A program made the position numbers and the translations under genes. The notes under the pieces are model-generated. The model had not been told where the DNA came from and searched no databases. It was given only the letters and a program-made list of their open reading frames with translations. DNA of 63,551 nt, the filler included. It is 4 parts of 4 records of this genome, joined end to end, with 100 filler letters (N's around TTAATTAATTAA, not from the genome) between each part and the next. Parts side by side here need not be neighbours in the genome. Positions count along the whole stretch, not along the records: positions 57,186 to 63,551 come from DRR723986_4972; 3 more parts are not named here. One strand, given 5' to 3'. Positions 58,709-63,551 of the stretch are shown here, one piece after another (the stretch's first letter is position 1; each line of letters opens with the position of its first letter).

Positions 58709-59641
58709 CTAAAGATCGAGGACAAGTCGCGCGGATTTCGCGCGGCTGACACAAATCTGCATGACCTTTCCCGATGCCTTCTCGGCATCCGACAGCACGA
58801 CGTCGCGGTGATCGGGCGTACCGCTGATCACATCCGTCTGGCAGATGCCGCAGTCGCCGCGCTGACAGTCATACATGACGTCGAGGCCGGCATCTTCCAG
58901 TGCCTGGATGATGGTCTGGTCCGGGGCGACGGTCACAACCTGTCCCGTGCTGTGTACCTCCACCTCGAATGCCGCATCGCCGGACTGCGCCTTGGGGGCG
59001 GTGAAGAGTTCAACATGAATGGCCTCTTCCGCCAGTCCGGCTGCAATCGCGGCAGCGCGTGCGGCATCGATCATTCCCTTCGGGCCGCAGATATAAAGAT
59101 GCGTTCCGGAGGGCTGGGCTTTCATCAGTGCGGCCAGATCGAGCGGGTCCGTGTCGTCATGGTAAAAACGGGCGCTGTCTCCGAAGGCGTTCTTCAGCTT
59201 GTCGGCAAAACCCATCCGCGCAGCCGAGCGGGCAGAATAATGCAGCTCGAAAGACCGGTCTTTCGATTTCAGCCGGGTCGCCATCGAAATGAGCGGCGTG
59301 ATGCCGATGCCGCCGGCCAGAAGCAGGACGTGCGGAACATCTTCGGCAAGCGGGAAGTCGTTCTTCGGTTCGCTGACGGAGATCGATTGACCAGCGCTCA
59401 GAGCGTGCATGGCCTTGGAGCCACCCTGGCCGCTCTCCTCCCGCTGAACCGCGACCGTATAGAGGTCATCAGTCTCCGGCCAGTCGATCAGGGAGTACTC
59501 CCGTTCACCCAGAGGGCCGAGATCGAATTTGACATGCGCACCGGGCTCATAGCCCGGTAATGACCCGCCGGCTTCCGCCCGAAACCTGAAAACGCGAATC
59601 TGATCGGTTTCCGGTTCTACACCTTCAAGAACAAGTTTCAC
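58709..59641 (-). CDS. PDR/VanB-family reductase (flavin/NAD/[2Fe-2S])
   Basis: REYSL, AGGIGITP, YICGP, C..G.CG.C...ICVSR. Confidence 0.95.
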   Translation of the reverse strand: MKLVLEGVEPETDQIRVFRFRAEAGGSLPGYEPGAHVKFDLGPLGEREYSLIDWPETDDLYTVAVQREESGQGGSKAMHALSAGQSISVSEPKNDFPLAEDVPHVLLLAGGIGITPLISMATRLKSKDRSFELHYSARSAARMGFADKLKNAFGDSARFYHDDTDPLDLAALMKAQPSGTHLYICGPKGMIDAARAAAIAAGLAEEAIHVELFTAPKAQSGDAAFEVEVHSTGQVVTVAPDQTIIQALEDAGLDVMYDCQRGDCGICQTDVISGTPDHRDVVLSDAEKASGKVMQICVSRAKSARLVLDL

Positions 59642-59664
59642 CGCAATGCCTCCTCCTGTAAAAA

Positions 59665-59680
59665 ATATGAAATTTCATAT
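59665..59680. promoter_or_regulatory. Perfect palindromic operator, probably for the divergent MarR
   Basis: ATATGAAATTTCATAT downstream of a minus-strand TTGACT -35 (59687-59692). Confidence 0.75.
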
Positions 59681-59761
59681 AAAATGAGTCAAGCCTCTTT
59701 TTTTCCCGATCCGTCCGGGATAAATGACACTTTGAAAACAGGTGCATAGTTGGAGGGGGTA

Positions 59762-60220
59762 TTGACCCTGACGCCGGAAAAATTCGTTTCTTCTTACCTG
59801 CTGTACCTGCTGGCAGCATCAAGCGAAGCGGCAAGCCACCAGTTTCACCTCCGTGTGCGCGAATTGGGCCTGCGCGTTCCGGAATGGCGGGTTCTTGCCT
59901 GCCTTTACGATCAGGACGGACTGATGATCACGCAGCTGGCGAAATACTCCCTTCTGGAGCAATCCAGAATGACGCGTATCGTCGATCAGATGGAAAAGCG
60001 AGGCCTGGTCGTGCGCAAGAGCGACAAGGGCGACGGCCGCCGTGTCCGCGTTCACCTGACCGACGCCGGGCAGAAGCTGAGCTCCGAAGTGGTCGAAGAG
60101 GCAAGGGAACACGAAAGAACCCTGCTGTCTGCCTTGAACCAATCGGATGCGGATCGGATCAAGCCCTCCCTGGAACGGCTCCTGGCATCCCTCAACAGCT
60201 GGAACAGCGCCAACGAATAA
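59762..60220 (+). CDS. MarR-family transcriptional regulator
   Basis: PEWRVLACL, QSRMTRIVDQME.RGLV, DGRRVRVHLT; TTG start after GGAGG. Confidence 0.9.
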   Translation: MTLTPEKFVSSYLLYLLAASSEAASHQFHLRVRELGLRVPEWRVLACLYDQDGLMITQLAKYSLLEQSRMTRIVDQMEKRGLVVRKSDKGDGRRVRVHLTDAGQKLSSEVVEEAREHERTLLSALNQSDADRIKPSLERLLASLNSWNSANE

Positions 60221-60676
60221 GCGTCTGGCGCTGGTTGTTCTTGTCGCGACGGACGACGGCAAAGCACATCAGGATCGCCGACAGCCCTGCCGTATGTCTC
60301 CTTCAGCCTCGCCGGCGACTTGACGCCAATGGCCGCAATAGCCGTCTTGCCTGGCTGTCATTCTGCCCATTGCCCACTTAACCCACCGCAATCGCCTGGC
60401 TCTGCGTGCACTGCAGTTCCGGTTGCCGTTTGCTGCTGCGGCACACCAGACCGTTTTATCCTTGAGTTGATGGCCGGCTGAACGCTCGGTCCGAACGACA
60501 GATACCGCGCTTCCGGTTCATTTCCCGACGAACCCCGCACACACCCGGACAATCCCCTGAATGGATCGGCACACCCAGCTCGCTGCAGCTTCTTTGCTGT
60601 TGGCTCATTACCTGCAGGGCCTGCGATGGCGCCTTCCAGTCATGCACCGGGAAGAACAGAGCCCTTGCTTCTAAAA

Positions 60677-60709
60677 ATCATATGTGAATATAGTATTCAC
60701 ATAAGAAAT
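60677..60709 (+). promoter_or_regulatory. Operator region upstream of the MaoC operon (IclR-like tandem sites)
   Basis: Perfect inverted repeat TATGTGAATA-TAG-TATTCACATA at 60681-60703. Confidence 0.65.
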
Positions 60710-60720
60710 TGGGAGGAGCC

Positions 60721-61287
60721 ATGGAAACGTCATTCGCACCGACGGTCGGGATCGACAGCACGCTGCCGAAGGATATGCCGGCGGCGCATGCGGCCATCCC
60801 GGTCTGGAATTCGGAAAACTGGTTTTACGAAGACTGGCAGCCGGGGCATTGCATACGCTCCCTGCGTCGGACCATCGCCGAAGGCGAAAGCCACCTCTTC
60901 AACACGCTGGTCGTCGACATTCACCCTTATGTGCAGGACCAGATGTTCGCAGAAACGGAAGGGGTCTTCGGCAAGAGACTGGTTGCCGGAGCGTTCGTCT
61001 TCTCCGCAGGCCTCGGCCTTGTCGCGACCAACTGCGTCAACGCGTTTTCCTATGGCTACGACAAGCTGCGCTTCATCAAGCCGGTCTTCATTGGCGACAC
61101 GATCTATACGGTCCGGACAAACCTCGACAAGAAGCCGAAATACGAAGAGATGGGCCTCATTCGAGCGTCCTACGAAGTCTTCAAGGGGGCAGGTGAACTC
61201 GTCCTCTACTGCGAGCATCTGCAAACCGTGAAATATCGCAATCCGGCCGCCCACGCGGACCGGACAGAACCTGAAAACCGGGCCTGA
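60721..61287 (+). CDS. MaoC-family dehydratase
   Basis: RRTIAEGE...F....[30 protein letters not shown]. Confidence 0.9.
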   Translation: METSFAPTVGIDSTLPKDMPAAHAAIPVWNSENWFYEDWQPGHCIRSLRRTIAEGESHLFNTLVVDIHPYVQDQMFAETEGVFGKRLVAGAFVFSAGLGLVATNCVNAFSYGYDKLRFIKPVFIGDTIYTVRTNLDKKPKYEEMGLIRASYEVFKGAGELVLYCEHLQTVKYRNPAAHADRTEPENRA

Positions 61288-61293
61288 ACCGAC

Positions 61294-62454
61294 ATGACAT
61301 CCACTTCAGAACTACCGCTCGCCGGGATCACCGTGCTCGACATGAGCCAGTTTCTCTCCGGTCCCTATGCCACCTTGCGTCTGCAGGATCTTGGCGCGCG
61401 CGTTATCAAGATCGAACGGCCGGGCTCCGGAGACCTGTCGCGCAGCCTCTATCTGAGCGACACGGAAATCGGCGGGGATTCGACCATCTTTCACGCCATC
61501 AACCGCGGCAAGGAAAGCCTTGCAGTCGACCTGAAGAAGCCGGAGGACATAGACCGTCTCAAGCGCCTGATCGCCAAGGCCGACGTACTGGTCCAGAATT
61601 TCCGGCCGGGCGTGATCGAACGGCTGGGCCTCGACTACGAGACTGTGCGTGCGATCAATCCGGGTCTGGTCTACGGCTCGATCAGCGGTTACGGAGAAGA
61701 CGGCCCATGGGTTGCCCGCCCAGGGCAGGACCTGCTTGCCCAGGCCCGCTCCGGCCTCATGTGGCTCAGCGGCAACGATGGTGACGGCCCTGTCCCGATG
61801 GGACTTGCCGTCGGCGACATGTTTGCAGGTGCCGCCCTGGCACAAGGCCTTCTTGCTGGCCTCGTCCGGCGCGGTGTTACCGGCAAGGGCAGCCATGTCC
61901 AGACCAGCCTTCTCGAAGCTCTGGTCGATTTCCAGTTCGAGGTTCTGACCACCTATCTCAACGACGGAAGGCGCATGCCGAAACGATCCGGTTTCCGCAA
62001 TGCCCATGCCTATCTCTCCGCGCCTTACGGCGTGTATGAGGCAAAGGACGGGTACATTGCGGTTGCCATGACGCCGATCCCGAAACTGCGTGACCTGATG
62101 GAGCTGGAAGCTCTCGAGCCTTATTGCGGCGATCCGGCGGTCTGGTTTTCCGAACGCGAGACGATCAAGAAGCTGATCGCAGGTGCGATTGCCGAACGAA
62201 CGGTCGACGACTGGATGTCCGTTTTCGAACCCGCCGACATCTGGTGTGCACCGGTGCTCGACTGGGACAGCCTGCTGGAAAGCGAAGGGTTCAACGGGCT
62301 GGACCTGCTGCAGCGCGTCGAGCGTGAAGACAATGTCTCGATCCTGACAACCCGCTCCCCGTTGAGAGTGAACGGCGCCCGTCCGAAAATCGCCCGGGCT
62401 GCACCGCGCGTCGGCGAACACACGGCAGCGATCGAGAAGGAGTTCGGCCTATGA
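61294..62454 (+). CDS. CaiB/BaiF family III CoA-transferase
   Basis: LQDLGARVIKIERP, NRGKES, QNFRPG, ISGYG, D in MGLAVGDMFAG. Confidence 0.95.
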   Translation: MTSTSELPLAGITVLDMSQFLSGPYATLRLQDLGARVIKIERPGSGDLSRSLYLSDTEIGGDSTIFHAINRGKESLAVDLKKPEDIDRLKRLIAKADVLVQNFRPGVIERLGLDYETVRAINPGLVYGSISGYGEDGPWVARPGQDLLAQARSGLMWLSGNDGDGPVPMGLAVGDMFAGAALAQGLLAGLVRRGVTGKGSHVQTSLLEALVDFQFEVLTTYLNDGRRMPKRSGFRNAHAYLSAPYGVYEAKDGYIAVAMTPIPKLRDLMELEALEPYCGDPAVWFSERETIKKLIAGAIAERTVDDWMSVFEPADIWCAPVLDWDSLLESEGFNGLDLLQRVEREDNVSILTTRSPLRVNGARPKIARAAPRVGEHTAAIEKEFGL

Positions 62455-63551
62455 GCGCCGCTCGCCTGAAAGGCATGACCTGGAGCCACCCGCGCGGCTA
62501 CGAGCCCATGGTTGCCTGCTCGAAGCTCTGGGAAGAGCAGACGGGTGTCGGGATCGACTGGGACAAGCGCTCGCTTCAGGACTTCGAGTCCTACCCGGTC
62601 GAAGATCTCGCGCGCCAGTATGATCTGATCGTCATCGACCATCCGCACGTTGGTGAAATCACCACGCAGAACTGTCTTGCTCCACTCGACAGACACGGGG
62701 ATCCGCAAAACCGGCAGGCCGTCGCCAATGGCAGTGTCGGCGGTTCTTATGAAAGCTATTTCTGGGAGGGTCACCAGTGGGCCTATCCGATCGACGCCGC
62801 CGCGCAGATCCAGGCCTATCGGTCAGACCTCGTCGGCGCGTCACCCACACGCTTCGACGAAGTCCTTGAACTGGCGGAAGCGGGCAAGGTGCTGATCCCG
62901 ATGCGCCCGCCCCATTCGCTGATGACCTTCTTCACCCTGTCGGCAAACCTTGGAACACCCTGCGCGACGACAGGACCGGGCGAGCTTATTTCGATTGAGA
63001 ACGGCGCACCGGTCTATGAGCTAATCTCGCGCCTGATGCGGCACGTTCCTGACCGGTGCTATGGCATGGACCCGATCGCGGTCTTTGAGGAGATGTGCAA
63101 GACGGACAGCCCGATTGCCTGTGTTCCCCTGATCTACGGCTACGTCAACTACGGTATCGAAGGCTTCCGGCCGAAACGCCTCTCCTTTGCCGATATCCCT
63201 GCTGCAGGCAGCGAAGGCCCGATGGGCTCCGCACTTGGCGGCACCGGCATTGCCGTCTCCGCCTTTTCGAACCATGTCTCGAAGGCTGCAGACTTCGCTC
63301 TCTGGATCGCAAGTGGCCCAGTGCAGCGCGGGCCTTTTGCAGCTGCCGGTGGCCAGCCTGGTCATGCGGACGGCTGGTCTGACGAGACTGTCAATGAAGC
63401 GACAAACGGCTTTTACCGCAACACCCGCCGGACCCTGGACAACGCCTGGGTCCGTCCGCGCCACAAGGGCTACATGGCCTTTCAGGCAGCAGCTTCAGAA
63501 CGGCTGAACCTGGGCTTGCAAGGTGGTGAGACAGCGCAATCCGTCATCGGC
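62451..63551 (+). CDS. ABC solute-binding-protein-fold protein lacking a signal peptide (3' truncated; not in the ORF track)
   Basis: Hand translation MSAARLKGMTWSHPRGY...WDKRSLQDFE...YDLIVIDHPHVG...LGGTGIAVS; ATGA overlap with the CoA-transferase gene. Confidence 0.8.
   Translation, partial: MSAARLKGMTWSHPRGYEPMVACSKLWEEQTGVGIDWDKRSLQDFESYPVEDLARQYDLIVIDHPHVGEITTQNCLAPLDRHGDPQNRQAVANGSVGGSYESYFWEGHQWAYPIDAAAQIQAYRSDLVGASPTRFDEVLELAEAGKVLIPMRPPHSLMTFFTLSANLGTPCATTGPGELISIENGAPVYELISRLMRHVPDRCYGMDPIAVFEEMCKTDSPIACVPLIYGYVNYGIEGFRPKRLSFADIPAAGSEGPMGSALGGTGIAVSAFSNHVSKAADFALWIASGPVQRGPFAAAGGQPGHADGWSDETVNEATNGFYRNTRRTLDNAWVRPRHKGYMAFQAAASERLNLGLQGGETAQSVIG

Noticed and set aside
57569-59560. 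663-aa plus-strand ORF
   Set aside because: Antisense to the oxygenase alpha and reductase genes; no recognisable domain

Overview
The window is not one locus. It is four contigs joined by identical 100-nt artificial spacers (N44-TTAATTAATTAA-N44) at 30622-30721, 50256-50355 and 57086-57185, so gene neighbourhoods across a spacer mean nothing. Taxonomic labels below are inferred from gene content and protein style, not from a search. Contig A (1-30621) is a high-GC alphaproteobacterium, Hyphomonadaceae/Caulobacterales-like. It carries trkH, a thiolase, pckA, a haloalkane dehalogenase, exoD, UrcA- and CC_3452-family small secreted proteins, an acyl-CoA dehydrogenase, a PLC/P1-nuclease-fold + polyacidic + DUF4332-like fusion, tryptophanase, mscS, an orphan oppA, a TonB-dependent receptor, two RNA methyltransferases and an OmpA/BON pair. 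Contig B (30722-50255) is a Marinobacter-like gammaproteobacterium with a truncated tRNA-Leu(CAA), flgBCDEFGHIJKL with two sigma54 promoters, a nitroreductase, a CyaB-type adenylate cyclase, queF, yadGH, a lipoprotein and a degenerate HD-GYP protein. Contig C (50356-57085) is Rhodobacteraceae-like: TauC-like permease, DEAD-box helicase, MarR, and an imuAB cassette with a LexA box. Contig D (57186-63551) is alphaproteobacterial: a Rieske oxygenase/reductase/MarR module and a MaoC-CaiB-SBP operon. I saw no CRISPR array, rRNA, transposase or phage. The most promising unexplained signals are: (1) a candidate RpoE-dependent sRNA with two C-rich hairpin loops (about 17735-17828); (2) a cytoplasmic P1-nuclease/PLC-fold protein joined to an HhH-like domain by a roughly 180-residue D/E-rich tract; (3) a shared GCTGAA-N14-TTCAGC operator over the -35 of two adjacent small secreted-protein genes; (4) an attenuator-like leader upstream of tryptophanase without TnaC; (5) a solute-binding-fold protein with no signal peptide, coupled to a CoA-transferase.
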